Both the position numbers and the translations under genes were made by a program. A stretch of DNA of 64,000 nt. It comes from the human T2T-CHM13v2.0 reference genome, Homo sapiens. Location of the stretch: contig CP068257.2 of NCBI GenBank assembly GCA_009914755.4, positions 13,024,001-13,088,000 of the forward strand. Direction: 5' to 3'. The notes beneath the pieces are model-generated. The model was not told where the DNA came from and ran no database searches. It saw nothing but the letters and a program-made list of their open reading frames with translations. Positions 28,037-42,135 of this stretch are shown one piece after another (within the stretch, counting starts at the first letter, position 1; each line of letters starts with the position of its first letter).

Positions 28037-29105
28037 TGTGTGCCCCCTAAATTTCTATATTGAAATCTAATCCTGAATGTGATGAAATTTGGAGGTACAG
28101 CCTTTGGGAGGTGTATCATTCAGGGTTCTCTAGAGGGACAGAACTAATGGAATATATATAAATATATACTTATATATTTATATAGTTTATATATTTATAT
28201 ATAAAATATATAAACTTTTATATATATTATATATTATATATAATGCATATAATATACATTATCTATAAAATTATATATAATATATAATATATATAAAAGT
28301 TTATATGTAAAGTATATAATATATAAATACTTTATATAATATATAAATGTAATATATATACTTTACATATATAAAGTATATAATATATAAAGGAGTTTAT
28401 ATATTATATACATATAAACTCTTTTTCATATATATATATATATATATATAAAGGGGTGTTTGTTAAGTATTAACTCACACGATCACAAGGTCACACAATA
28501 GGCCATTTGCAGGCTAAGGAGCAAGGAGTGCCAGTCCGAGTTCCAAAACTGAAGAAGTTGGAGTCCGGTGTTTGAAGACAAGAAGCATCCAGCACAGGAG
28601 AAAGATGTAGGCTGGGAGGCTAGGCCAGTTTCTCTTTTCACATTTTTCTGCCTACTTATGTTGTAGCCCCTCTGGAGGCTCATTAGATTGTGCCCACCCA
28701 GATTAAGGGTGGGTCGGCCTTTCCAAGCCCATTGACTCAAATGTTAATCTCCTTTGGCAACACCCTCACAGACACATCCAGGACCAATATTTTGTATCCT
28801 TCAATCCAAGCAAGTTGACACTCAGTATTAACCATCACAGGAGGTAATTAGGTCATGAGGATGGAGCCCCCATGATGGGATTAGTGCTCTTATTAAAAAG
28901 AGGCTGAGAACTCTTTGACCCTATTTCCTCCATGTCAGGATGCAAAGAAAAGACAATCATCTGCGACAAGGAAGAAGATCCTTAGGAAAACTCAACGAGG
29001 CGGCATCCTGATCTCAGACTTCCAGCCTCCAGAACTGTGAGAAATGCCTGTTTAAGCCATCTCATCTACGATAATTTGTTATAATTGCCTGAACTGACTA
29101 TACAT
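28037..29105 (+). mobile_element. Long MLT1/MST-type MaLR LTR of about 1.07 kb, containing an expanded AT-rich repeat
   Basis: The 5' part is tgtgtgccccctaaatttctatattgaaatctaatcctgaatgtgatg…cctttgggaggtg. The 3' part is cacccagattaagggtgggt…ccattgactcaaatgttaatctc…caccctcacagacacatccagg…gttgacactcag…ggaggtaattaggtcatgagg…ccccatgatgggattagtgctcttatt…cttccagcctccagaactgtgagaaatgcctgtttaagcc…gcctgaactgactataca. Confidence 0.7.
28146..28452. repeat. AT-rich complex microsatellite with many short near-palindromes (TATATA, AAAGTATATA…TATATACTTT)
   Basis: About 300 bp that is almost entirely A and T. Examples of near-perfect inverted repeats are gagtttatatattatatacatataaactc and aaagtatataatatataaatacttt. 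Confidence 0.85.
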
Positions 29106-32100
29106 TGTACTAGTAACTTGATAGATAAAAAAAAAATTAGACAAGTCTTTGGCAACCAGCCTGGAAGTCAACACCAGTAACCTACCAATATTACCAATAA
29201 ATTCCTCTTTTTTTATGCTTTAGGCCTCTACTTCAAATCCCCAAGGGTAGCTGTGTAACAAAAATGCTAGTGGTGTTATTTCTACTGAAATAAAAAGAGG
29301 ATCCAAGAGGAAGGGTGACATTCTGATGATGTCTACTGCAGTCTTTTATCTTTATGAAAATTAAGAACTATAAGTAATTAGCACAATAAATGTAGCTATT
29401 GTCAAACAACAAAGATTAATATGCTAGTAACCGAAAGAGAAGGGATAACTCAAAGTAAAAAGCTTCTTTATTTCTACATTATTTAACATTAGCCCCAATA
29501 TGACAAATTTTCTGCCTTTCAAAAATGTATAGGCTAATTTTATGGGACAAGTTACACACAAAATGAGCTTCCATAAGCACGCATGATAATTCATGATATA
29601 ATTAGCAATTTTTACTTGCAGGCTACAGAATTTAATTTCATCTAATTTATCCAGAAAATTAAAAAGGGTTTATTGGTTGTTTACTTGTGCTGACTTTTGG
29701 ATCCCCAAAAGACCACCAGAAAAACCCATAGATCAAGCAAATCTTAGTTTACCATATCTCCTGTACTAAATAAAGTCAACAACTTGACAGCATATTAGTA
29801 TTATCACTGAAGGGCTATCTTCAAGGGAGGATAAATATGAGATTTTAGGCCCTGGATATAGTCATTTTAAAGGAAGTCATCAAGGCAGGGAATTATTTGA
29901 TTAGAATTTATAATAGATTGGTGGGGACAGTGAGGCAAGGGCCTTAAAATGAGCTTTGATAAGCAAGCTGCTAGTCTTGGTTTTAATTGTCTCACGATCT
30001 TATTTTCTGGAGACAAATATACTGGAGCAAGCAGCTAAGCAATATTTGTTCCACATCAGTACTGCCTAATGCAGGCACAGGGAATTATGTTGGCTTTAGT
30101 TCTCAATAAATAGCCTATAGACTCAAAGGAAGAAAGAAACAACTGATTTCCAGAAGGTTAGGAACTGGGGTATCTTAAGGAACAAAATGGCATTGATCCC
30201 CCAAAAATCTCTAGGGCTCCGCCATCTGGAGCCTTGATTCTTATCACATTTCATCCCTGAGTATCTTAGTTTAAGGATCAAATTCTCAGGAGGATGCCAG
30301 GCTATGTGGCCTGCTCTGTGGTCAAGAGGGACAGGGTCTCAAGTTTTATTCTCCAAAAAAGTCACATGGAGAGGTAATTTCCCAAAAGAAGAGAAATTAA
30401 GAAGACAGTAATAAAAGCTATCCCTTATAATGGTCAAATCCCTCTCAAACATCTCTCTCCTCATAGGTGTTGAATTTTGGCTGAAATTGTTTCTTTTAGT
30501 TGTTGCTGAACAATTTAAATGTATTTTTTAAGTCATTTCTTCTTTCCTCTCCTCTGATTGCTTCCCTACAACTAACTCCCGGGGTCAAAACTTGTCAATT
30601 GTACATGTGTAATGAGTTTCTCTCACCCACCCTCTTCCTTTCTAGTCTATCGATATGTGCCCTAATCTGTTCCTACAGGATATTTTTTTCTAAATTCCTG
30701 CAATGGCCTCCTACATGTTCTCTACATTTATCGAATCTCTTATGTACTTCAAATTATTAATGTTCTTGAAGCACAGTTGCAATTCTTTTATTCTCAGTTT
30801 TTCATGAGTCAGTCATTCCCCATTCCCTATCACATAAGTGTCACATGCTTTGGTCTCACATCAAAGGCCAGTTACAACTGCCAGCAGCTCTCTATCTGGA
30901 CTTACTTTCAGCTACTCACATTCATGTTAGCTTTGTTCTAATTAAACACATGGCAATGTTGCCAGGGTACTCCCTTTGATTTCTTAACTCCAAACTCTTT
31001 AAGAACAAAATGTGGGCCTGATTCACCTTTACAGTCCCCACTTCCTTCTATGGCCATTTGAGTAACTACTCTCATCCACTGAAACTGTTGCCTTCAATGC
31101 TACTGATCTGAAAAAGATCATGAGGCCAAGTTAGGGTCCAGTGGGCAGGAATGTTGTGATTGATTATTAATGTCTGTCATGGGCAGTGGGTAGAGGACAG
31201 TAGCAGTATCTGTGCCTGGAATTTTCCATCTTTCATTGTATATTTAACAAATATTTGTTGAGTGAAATTCAACAAGAATTTAGAATAAAGAGATCCTAGG
31301 AAAAGGCTCTTTGAGTCTCCTTTGGTTTGAGAAATGACACCACCTTTGTCCACAGAGCCCAGCAATTGTCAGTAAGAACTGAAGCCACCTGCATTAACAT
31401 GACAAATATTTGTTCCTGGAAATTCTTGCTCAAGAATATAAGGTTATAAATCAATAAATAACTTCACTATTTGCTTTAGGAAAATTCCTGCAAACCAACT
31501 TGTCTGGGCAAATATTTTGCTCTCCTATCAGGACAGTAGATTGCTCACCTGGGCAAACAAATCACTTATCCAACTTCAGTTTACTTATCAGGATTCACGT
31601 TAAGACTCTCCCGTCTTGAGTCCACCAACATGAAAATATTATGACACAAATATTTCCTAGGCATAATCAGTTCTCCATCTTAAACCACACACCCTAAGAC
31701 CCACTTAAGCCCAGATTCTATCCAAACTCTATATAAATATCCTCTCCTGACATTTGCCTTCTTGAAGCATACTAAGCCTCAATAAAGTAATGCTCTCTGT
31801 TACTCTAGTAAGTAAATCAACTTAGTTTTGTTTGCCAACATATTTTGTGGGTTTTTTTTTGATATTTTACACTTGGTAGATTTAAGGAATGCCACAATGT
31901 GATCAAATTCATGAAACTGAGAAGCCTTCTGCAAACACTAAGTTGTGCCTTCCTAGCTCTTGAACAGTTTCAGTGACATTTTGAAAAAAGGTGAACTGTT
32001 GTCTGGTGCTTTGCAAAGCAACATGACATCTTTACACTTCTACAATGCAAGGAAAAGAAGATTAATTAGCCCTAGTTACTGTCTAGAGGTCAAACACACA

Positions 32101-32469
32101 AGACCCGTTGGTTCTAGAGTAGGAGCATGTAGAGGTTTCCAAACAATGATGTATATTAGAATTTCCAGGGGACTTGTTTAAAATGAGGATAAAGTCCCAT
32201 CTTCCAGAGACTCTGATTCAGAAGTCTATGGCAGGGCTCAGGCATCTGCATACCACATAATGTTGCAAGGGGATCATGGCCCACATTCTTTGAATCTACA
32301 CTGTATCTAAAGTCCAGTCACTTAAGACCATTTCTACTACTGGTCAGTTCCCTTAATGGCCATTTTATCTAATATTCAACTTGCTTTTGACTAGTTTTAT
32401 GTTTATTTGACTGTCTTCTTTTTCATCTTGTCCTTTTTTCAACTTTAAGAATTTCAAAAAGAATGGAGG

Positions 32470-32499
32470 AAGATGGGAAGAGAGAGAGAGAAAGAGAGT
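32470..32499. repeat. (GA)n-rich short microsatellite
   Basis: gggaagagagagagagaaagagag. Confidence 0.7.
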
Positions 32500-33114
32500 T
32501 TCATCTTGCCTAATTTTATTCATCTGATATGTTTTCTGTATTTTATGAATAATGATAATATATTTCTAATTTTTACATTATTTATGTGTTTGCATTGAAA
32601 ACTAGTTTTAACTAGGCTTTTGGGAGACACTTCCTTAAAAATAATATTTCCAGCAATATTAATTTATTGATAATACATAAAACATAAATTATAATCATTA
32701 TGCAATGAGCATAATGATCCCTAAAGAAAATGTAGTCAATTTGTCAAATATTAATTTGGTTTAGGAGATGCTTTCTGTTAATGAGCTTATTATATGGATG
32801 ATGTCAAAAATAGCTTCTTCTTTCCTGTAAAAAACCTTTGGATTTTCATAGTAAATGAAGACATACAGATCCCCCCACACATCTTCCTGACAAGATTTAC
32901 ACTGAGGGCTAGAAAGAGAGCACAAAGAGAGGATATGGTGAGAAGGAATTGTAGGTTATTGGAGAGCAAATTTTCCTTCTTGACAGCTTGCCTAGGACTT
33001 GCACTGTGACCCTGTTTGTACTAAGCTCTTAAGCAGTTCTTCTGAACAATTGATAATGAAGGGTGAAATAACTCCAGGAATATTGCAAGTAATGTCTTTT
33101 ATACATACGTATAC

Positions 33115-33121
<7 letters not shown>

Positions 33122-33146
<25 letters not shown>
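33122..33146. repeat. (TG)n dinucleotide microsatellite
   Basis: The repeat is directly visible. Confidence 0.9.
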
Positions 33147-34877
33147 CTAAAGTAACTGTTAACAACTTTTTTCTAGCAAAAGCCAATGCCTTATGTTGTT
33201 CATCTTGACAAATTCAAAAAAAAGACAATATTTACATATCAAAGATAGTACCTTACTTGCAAAGAGGCCTGTTTCTCCAGATACCTTTTTTAACCCCTTT
33301 GGATGAGATTTTTATTGTCAAGTTTATTGGACACCAGCTTTTCTACAAGCACGTTGTATTTTATTCATTCAGCAGGAATTGTACCAATTAAACTTGCCTT
33401 ACAACTTTTTGCATTATGGTTGGACTTGGTGATTGGCATTAAAAATATATACTTTACAGCTTTTATTATACATAAGCTAGATAAATTGTTAATGCTTTAG
33501 AACTCTCTAGGCAATATGAATGATGGAGATTTCTGTGCTATCCTTGATAAAGTTGAGGATACAGAAAGCAGTTTTAATCCTCTTTTTATACTCTGCCTGT
33601 CTGCCTGTGGAACAAGTTCAGGGAGCTGCTGTTTAGCAGGAACGGAGCCACAGACTTAATTTTCAAAGCCAGATAAAAGTACATGGTCATATATTCTAAA
33701 TCTACTTAAAATATAAAATAACTAAATAAACTGACCTAACTAAAGTAATTGTTGTCCTTAAACAATGAATAAGAGTTTTTTTGTTTTTTGTTTTTTTTTT
33801 GTATTTTTTTTTAAGGCTGAATTCAGGCCAGGTAAAATTTCCATTTGTTTGCATTGTTGTTGTCCAAAGTGCCAATGTTTTGTAAAATTTTAGTCTTTCA
33901 TTAAAAATAAACCACTATTTTTTATGCAAGAAGGGACAATGATAAATATAGCCAGAGGCAATCTTTTAATTGTACCTTAAGTGTTCTGTCACCTATCCCT
34001 AATGTCTTCACTTCAGCTTTACACCTTGGATTCTATTCAACCAGATGCATTTTTTCTTCTAATTATAATCAAGATGTGTCTACATGAAGTGGAAAATGTG
34101 AACAATTATTTAGATTGTTCAAAAAAAAAATAAAAGCACATTTCAACTGAAAACATGCCAGTAATTGGAGTAGAATGAAGTATTTTTGAGATGAGAATTC
34201 TTTGAATCTTACATTTGTAAATAGTTTCTCTTCATTTTAAATTTCTTATAGTTTGTGGCTTTGTGGATCTGGCTACAGACCTTTTTAAAGTCATCGGGAG
34301 GGCATTTTTGCTTACAAACATAGCAAGTTATCTATGCCTTTAAACCTCTACTCTCAGAAAAGTGAAGGTTTCTGAGAATGCATGGCAAGTATGCTTTACA
34401 TACCTTGTTGGCAATGTTCACAGAAATAAAGCTTTGGTCAAAGGAACCAGTTTCTCTTTGGCATACAGATGAATGACATTCAGAGGCATCCTTTACATAA
34501 GAAGACATAAAATTTTCTGTACCTGACAATCCCCCAAATTACCACCCTTGTGTCTCATTCCTTCAGAACCCTGTGGGGGTGATCCATTTCTTAACTTCTG
34601 GTCCTCTTATTCCACACTTCCTGGTGTTCTGTTTTAGACCAGTGTTTGCAGTGTAATATCCACCTAGTACTTGTTAGAAATATGGAGTGTTGGGTCCCAT
34701 CTCAAACCTACCAAATCAAAACCTGTATTTTAATAAGATCATCAGATATTTGTGAGGACATTAGCATTTGAGAATCTTGGGATTAGATCTCAGTAAGCCA
34801 TAATGTGACCGACTGTCTGCTAATTAAACCACACTCATACTGGATATTCAGCAAAGGGCCTCCTCATACTCATGTAG

Positions 34878-35366
<489 letters not shown>

Positions 35367-37351
35367 AGGAAAGGGTTTTTAATTTGCTCTCTAAACCATG
35401 TGATGTAGGCAGCAATTCACCCTATCCACATGCGAGGAATGTGTTGTTTATATCCACTTTCCTTATAGAGGAAATAAACTGGTCATAACTCATGGGCAAT
35501 TCTCTTATATTGTAGACCAGTCTTAACAGTACTTTTCAGAATCATTTCTCTGCACAGACTTTAATGAAGACTAGCCTGCGTTTCTCCATGTTGATTCTGA
35601 AATGCTCAATAGAATTCTTCTCTAGGTTCTTAGACCAAACATACTTTTGATGTACAGAAGACTACTATTTCTACTTTAGGAACATGACAAGTAATTATTT
35701 ATTAAAGTAGTGAAAATAATTCTGTCAAGAACAATTCATTCTCACTTTGCCCAAGCTGAATGAATATAGATAAGTCTATGGCGGTCCCCTTCATCCTTAC
35801 ACCTGAATACTTCCTGAAAATATTTTCTCTCATCTTCGTTAGGGAAAAAAATATTCAATAGACACGTGTTAAAAATGGTAAAGCCGATTTTATTCAGAGG
35901 GAGACTGTTTTGATAGGTGTAGGGCTCATTGGAATGGGCCTTTGCAATGGGGGGAGAGATTTGGCTCAACTCTAAATATAACAAGAAAAAGTGGGAATTT
36001 ATAGCCAAAGATTAAGATGGAGGCCAGTACATAGAAAATTACTGAAAGAAAACATAAGGGTAAAGAGGAAATTCTGGCTAAACCAACCACACAGGATCCT
36101 TCCTGAAGACAGGCTAGGATGTTCAGACACCACCTTGGGGAGGGTGAAGGATAAAGAATTTGATCAGAAATCAAGGGTGGTGAGATACATGTTAAGGATG
36201 AATAAACTGGCCTTTTAGGATTCTTGCTAAAATTAGACAATGCAGAGGCAACCACAGAGTCCAAGAGTTAAGGCCTAGTTGAAAAAGAGTTGAGAGAAGC
36301 TTGAGTAATGTTTGAACAAGGAGATAATCTCTGTTATTTCTCCCTCTCCATTGTCATAGTCTGAGTTGTAATATAGACTATTACAATAGTCTCCTCATTG
36401 GTCACTCAGACTCTGGTTATAGTCTTTCTTCACTCATCACACTGTCGAAAATATACATCTAACTATGTCATACTCTATTCAGAATTATTCAATGTCTCTC
36501 ACATTGTCCCCACAATGATACACAGGCTCCTCCTTAGGAAGCCATGCAAGGGTTTGCTTGGTGAGGTCATTGCCTTCTTGCTCAGTCTCATAGTCCCTTC
36601 CTAGTCTTTCTCCAGAAATAAGTTACTTTATAAGCTCTACTATGCCTTGATTCTTTTGTCTAGGATATTCTCAAACTTTCCTGCCTTTAAATACTACTCA
36701 TTCATTAAGTTTCAATTCAAACATTGCTTCTGTGAAGTTATTCTTAGTGTACTCCAGAAAAGTTAAATTATCTTCCTACATTTTTGTTGGACTTTACATA
36801 TCCCTTTACTATAGCATATATTTTTGTAACTGTCAATGAACTAGACTTTCAATATTCTGAGGGCAACAAAAAATGTTTTCCCCTTAATTCCAATTTTCTG
36901 GCAAAAGGGAGAATATAAAAGGTCAATAAATATTATAGATTGACTGAATAAAATGCATTTAGGTAATAATTCATTTGGATGAAGATAATAGATTCTTAGA
37001 GATTGGGAAATGGGAATTGAAATACCAAATTTCTATCTACAAATATGTATTCAACAAGTATATACAGTGGCACATAGAGAGAGAACTCTACACTTGATGC
37101 TGGATAGGACATATAAATTCATTCAACACGTACTTATTTAGCGTTTACTTCACATCAGCACTATTCTGGGTATTTCAGAAACATTGCTGAAAGATATAAT
37201 TTCTATCCTAAATGACTGCATGGAATTGAACTCAAGACTTCGTTTGTCATAATCTGGCCAACTCTCTCTTAATTCAAATTATCTGAATTCAAATTAAGAA
37301 TATAAGAGAGGACTCTTTCAATTCATTTACCTTTTAGCAGCATAGTATAAT

Positions 37352-37430
37352 GCTTCTCAAACTTCAGTGTGCATATGGATGCAGATTCTGATTTAGAGGC
37401 CCTCAAGTGATGCCCATGCTACTGGTCTAT
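37352..37430. mobile_element. MER5-like hAT fragment
   Basis: gcttctcaaacttcagtgtgcatatggatgcagattctgatttagaggccc resembles the MER5 terminus. Confidence 0.35.
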
Positions 37431-38889
37431 AAGCCACAATTTTATTACCAAGGGTTTAAGGTTCAATAACAATGCCGACCCTTCCTAGGAATGAACCTCC
37501 CTTACATTACCAAAGCTCCAGAGTGTACTTATTAAGTCCCTCTGATCCATGGGTCAGGGTGGGGTAAACATGGAGTAAAGCTAAATATGTGGGGTGCTAT
37601 GCCAGGAAAATCTAGAGACAATACTTTCTAAGAAATTTGTGTGGTTTATCTGCCTCTAAATGGAGGCAAGGAAATAAAGAAGAAGAGGTCCTTGGATGAT
37701 ATTGGAAGTTGTTTCAAAAAGTTGCAGTAGCAACTCTCAGGAAGTAAAAGCTGGCCACAACCTGGCCTAAGTGATGGAGAAACGAGGATCTCTAGTGAAA
37801 AACTTACTTTGAATAGATATATCCTTGCCCAGCTTCTGTAGGACAAAGCTGTATGTAGATTCCTTTGCATTTTTCACAATACTTAGGATAGTGTTCCACA
37901 TAGAGGCTACATATATGTGGAATTAATGAATGAATGAATTGTCTTTATTTTACAAGATAATTGGAAGCTTTCAGGATATAAGTGAATTGTCTGACCTATT
38001 AATTATGGAAGAATGTTTACACTTTTGTTGAAATGCTATTGTTAAGCATTGAGTTACACCGGCTTGTGTAGTATAAAAAGATTTAAGAAAAGTACACATC
38101 AAATAAGCTGCCTTTTCACTGCCTGGGAAAGCTGTCATATAAGCATTGTGGTTTTCATGTTCTGTGGTGGTTGTCTGCCACAGTCCAGCAGAAGTTTAAC
38201 AGTAAATAATGTTAAGCATGTGAACTGGTCGGGGGGGTGGCATTTGCATTTATATCTCATATGGTTTGTTGCCCAAGCAGAATTGAGTGGCTACATTTTT
38301 CTATTTTTTGATGTCTTATTTTGTTAATCATTCCAAACACATTTGTTCCATTCCATAAAAATGAGCAGCTTACCTTCTACCTTTGTGAAATTACTGTTAA
38401 TCATTCTCTAATGTCTGCATTATCCCATTTAAACCGTTCCCCTGTGGTTTTACAATTCCTTCTGCTCACTAATCCAACAGGAGGAATGATGTGCAAACAA
38501 GCAAATATAGAGAAACAAATAGGTTTTCTTGTGAATCGTCCTTATAAGCCTCATCAGCGACATTAGAGTTTCTCAAAATGTTATTTAAGAATCAAATAAA
38601 TCTATAGATAAAGCATTCAAGCCAGTGGGCTTGAAATTAATCCAGGTGATGATATAAGCTCAATATAAAATAGAGGATGCTTTTATATCCATGAATCATC
38701 CCCGCTTCCTGCACCTAGCCTTAATCTTGACTGATAGAACCACATTCTTAAAACTTGACTATAGTGAAATAATAGTCAGCAACATGTGAGGCATATAATG
38801 GAAAGGGAAAATGCATATAATTTCCTAAGACTTACATCCCCATTGCTAGCCAAACTTACATCAAATGATAAAGGCCTGGGTATCTCCAT

Positions 38890-39238
38890 GTGTATTAGTC
38901 TGTTCACTGCTAATAAAGACATACCCAAGACTGGGTAATTTATAAAGGAAAGGGCTTTCCTCCACATGGCTGAGGAGGCCTCACAGTCATGTCAGAAATC
39001 AGAGGAAAAGCAAGACACATCATACATGGCAGCAGGCAAGAGAGAGCTTGTTCAGGGGAACTCCCATTTATAAACCATCAGATCTCATGAGACTTATTCA
39101 CTACCATGAGAATGGTATGGGGTAATCCGGTAATCCACCCCTATGATTCAATTGTCTCTACCTGGCCCCATCCTTGACACGTGGGGATTATTAAAATTCA
39201 AGGTGAGATTTGGGTGGGGACAGAGCCAAACCATATCA
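38890..39238 (-). mobile_element. MST-type solo LTR (ERVL-MaLR) on the minus strand
   Basis: Starts tgtattagtc and ends ccatatca. Contains ccttgacacgtggggattattaaaattcaaggtgagatttgggtggggacagagccaaacc. Confidence 0.75.
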
Positions 39239-39591
39239 CTATGTAATTGTTACATGAGCAAGCCCATCAATAAATATTGGCACATATCTGCATTGAAGAT
39301 AAAAACATCCAATCAGCTGGCTATTTCTGAATATTTGATGTTACACAAGTAAAATATTCAGATATTCAACTGCAGTTTATCATTCTCATGTATGTTCCAT
39401 ACTTTGTATATAGCACTTGGATATGCATTTTGGACCAATATTTTATTTGGCTTTCTGGAATTATATAACTGTAATGTTGTATATCCATGGTCATGTCACA
39501 TTAATTTTTATGAGTAAATACTACAATTTATCTGATTGGTAAATTAGAGATAAGCATGATCAGGGTTATATTGGCCCCATTTAGATGCTAA

Positions 39592-39670
39592 ACCAGTATT
39601 ATCTGATAACAATTCACTGAACCAGTATTATTTGATAACAATACAAGCCAATACTATCTGATAACAATTC
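39592..39670. repeat. Tandem repeat with a unit of about 27 bp, three copies (accagtattatctgataacaattc…)
   Basis: The repeat is directly visible. Confidence 0.75.
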
Positions 39671-41833
39671 TGCTTCCTTTGCCAGCTTCTAAGATCTGGG
39701 GCTGGTGAAGGAAGCAGAATGGGAACACTGAGTGTACATCTCATTTGATACATTTCTTTCTATCCATCCTAAGGATATCAAGCACAATAAAAAAGAATGC
39801 AAAGATAATGAAACAAGAAGCTGACTAGCTGCCCAAAGTAACAATATCAAGTTCTGAAATAAAACCTTTCTCTGCTCCATCAGTTAGGATAGAAGCAACT
39901 TTCCCTCTTCAATTATGCCACAATCCTAATTTCTCAATTTTGGTTCTACTTGTCTAGGGTCCTTGCAATGATGTCACTCTATCATTAAGTTCAATTGTGA
40001 CTGAGTGGGAAGGGAGAATATTTCCCAGTCACCTTCTCCTTGCCTTGTGGGAAGTCACAGAAGGATGTCAAATATTATCACATGGATTATGTCATGCTTC
40101 TGTCAGTTAGGCAGCCCACTTGACTACCATCATAGGAAAAGTTGATCGAAATATACATTAAACCATGGTTAATTTTTGCCTTCACTGTATATGCAATACC
40201 GATACAAGATACACATGTAGGCTGAAGACTCCTTCATCTTCAATGGTGTCCTTAATTGTGATGTTCTTTTTTTAACCTACAGCACCATTGATACAAACCC
40301 TTATACTCCTGCTCTTATTTCTACTGAAATATTTTATAGACAACCCTTTTCTATGATTTATACCTCATTATAAAATCAAATTTCTAGGCTGTCAGAAAGA
40401 AATTGAGTGCAGCAAAGTAGGAACTAGTTCTGTGACATACTGAGATGGCATATCAGCTTGGAGGCATAAGTCCCAAAGCAGAAAGTGGGAATTATAGATA
40501 CCACCTACATTCATTCATAAATAGGAGAAGAAATAATGATGGTACAGAACAGTGATTTTCAAGTCATAATGCAAGAGATTCTTAATAGTATTTTAAATTT
40601 TAAAAAATGGATTTATGATTGAAGCTATCAAAATTTACCAGAGCTCATTTCCCTCTTGCACTATAAATTATTATAACATTTATCTTATTGAAAAACACAG
40701 ATATTAATTAGTTATAAAATGAAATCCAGTGACTCAACTCTCTTCAGAAGGAGGGTCTACCAGTGTCCTTAAAGCTCTACTACTAATCATGATAACACTA
40801 GTTATTTTTGCTGTTTGAACTTTGACCTGTTCTTTTGACCAGTTCAAGGAGATATGTGAGCACAGCATGTAACACTGATTTGTACCTAATTATAAATCAA
40901 AGTTTCTTAAATCATTTACATAAATTTGTATAATGTGGAAAGAACTAAAAGTTAGACTTATGAGCTTCGCAAATCATTTCTTCTACCTTAACTCTTTATT
41001 AATGTGTCTCTTTTTTAAAAAAGAATCAACGGATTCTTCTTTGACTCAACACTCTCCACTTCTCACACTCTAACCCTCAGCGTCTAACAAACTGCTTTCA
41101 AGTGTTCAGGAAATGTATGTAATGAGTGTATGTGTGAGTGCATTGGTGTATATGCGTGTTTCCTTCTCATTGATGAGAAAGGGTATAGAATGCTCATCAC
41201 TAGAGAGCTTCATGAAGCGAATAAAACCCCTGTTTCCTATGATGTTATTATTCCCCTCAGGAGCTTAGGCCAGATGATCTCTTAGAGTCGTTTTTTGATC
41301 TATAACTCAGTGATCAGTGAGCCAGCTTTAGGTCATCCTGTACTCTTTAGTACACAACACTATTGCTCAAGAGTACTATATGGTGCCCTTGGGCCCTGAA
41401 AAACTTAATGTACAACTCTAAGAGTCTAAATTACTGCCAGGGAGTGATGTAGGTAGTGAAAATAAATTCCATTAATATCTTGCTAAGTGGTTAATCAGCA
41501 AGTCAAATAATAATAATAAAACGTTAGATCTGTTTTCTCATTCTGTCCTTTATGGACAGAAAGAATACCTGTTAGGTGTGTTCCTCTTAAACAGCCTTTA
41601 ATAAATTTTAAAGTAGTGATCAAGACTTCCCTTGGGTTTCTTATCTCTAAACTAAATAAACCCTATTCCTTTCATCTTTACAAGTAAGATCCGTTTTCAT
41701 CCCTTTAATCATTTTCATTGTTCTCGCCAATGTTCTCTTCAATTTATTCACATCTTTATAAATGTGATGAACAATAATATTTATCTGAAGAAGTACTAGA
41801 ATATAATTTGGATGTTCCTTCTTGACTATTTTT

Positions 41834-42135
41834 TGTTTGTTTGTTTTTGCTTTTTTTTTTTTTTTTTTGAAACGGAGTCTCTCTCTGTCACCCAGGCTGA
41901 TCTGGTCTCACTGCAAGCTCCGCCTCCCAGGTTCACGCCATTCTACTGCCTCAGCCTCCCGAGTAGCTGGGACTACAGGTGCCCACCACCACGCCTGGCT
42001 AATTTTTTGTATTTTTTAGTAGAGACGGGGTTTCACCGTGTTAGCCAGGATAGTCTTGATCTCCTGACCTCGTGATCCTCCTGCCTCTGCCTCCCAAAGT
42101 GCTGGGATTACAGGCGTGAGCCACTTTGCCTGGCC
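41834..42135 (-). mobile_element. AluS/Y-like, minus strand, with a TSD
   Basis: Poly-T followed by gaaacggagtctctctctgtcacccaggct…ggcgtgagccactttgcctggcc. An internal roughly 20-bp deletion lies in the right arm. TSD 'cttgact(a/g)t(a)ttttt' at 41821-41833 and 42136-42150. Confidence 0.95.
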
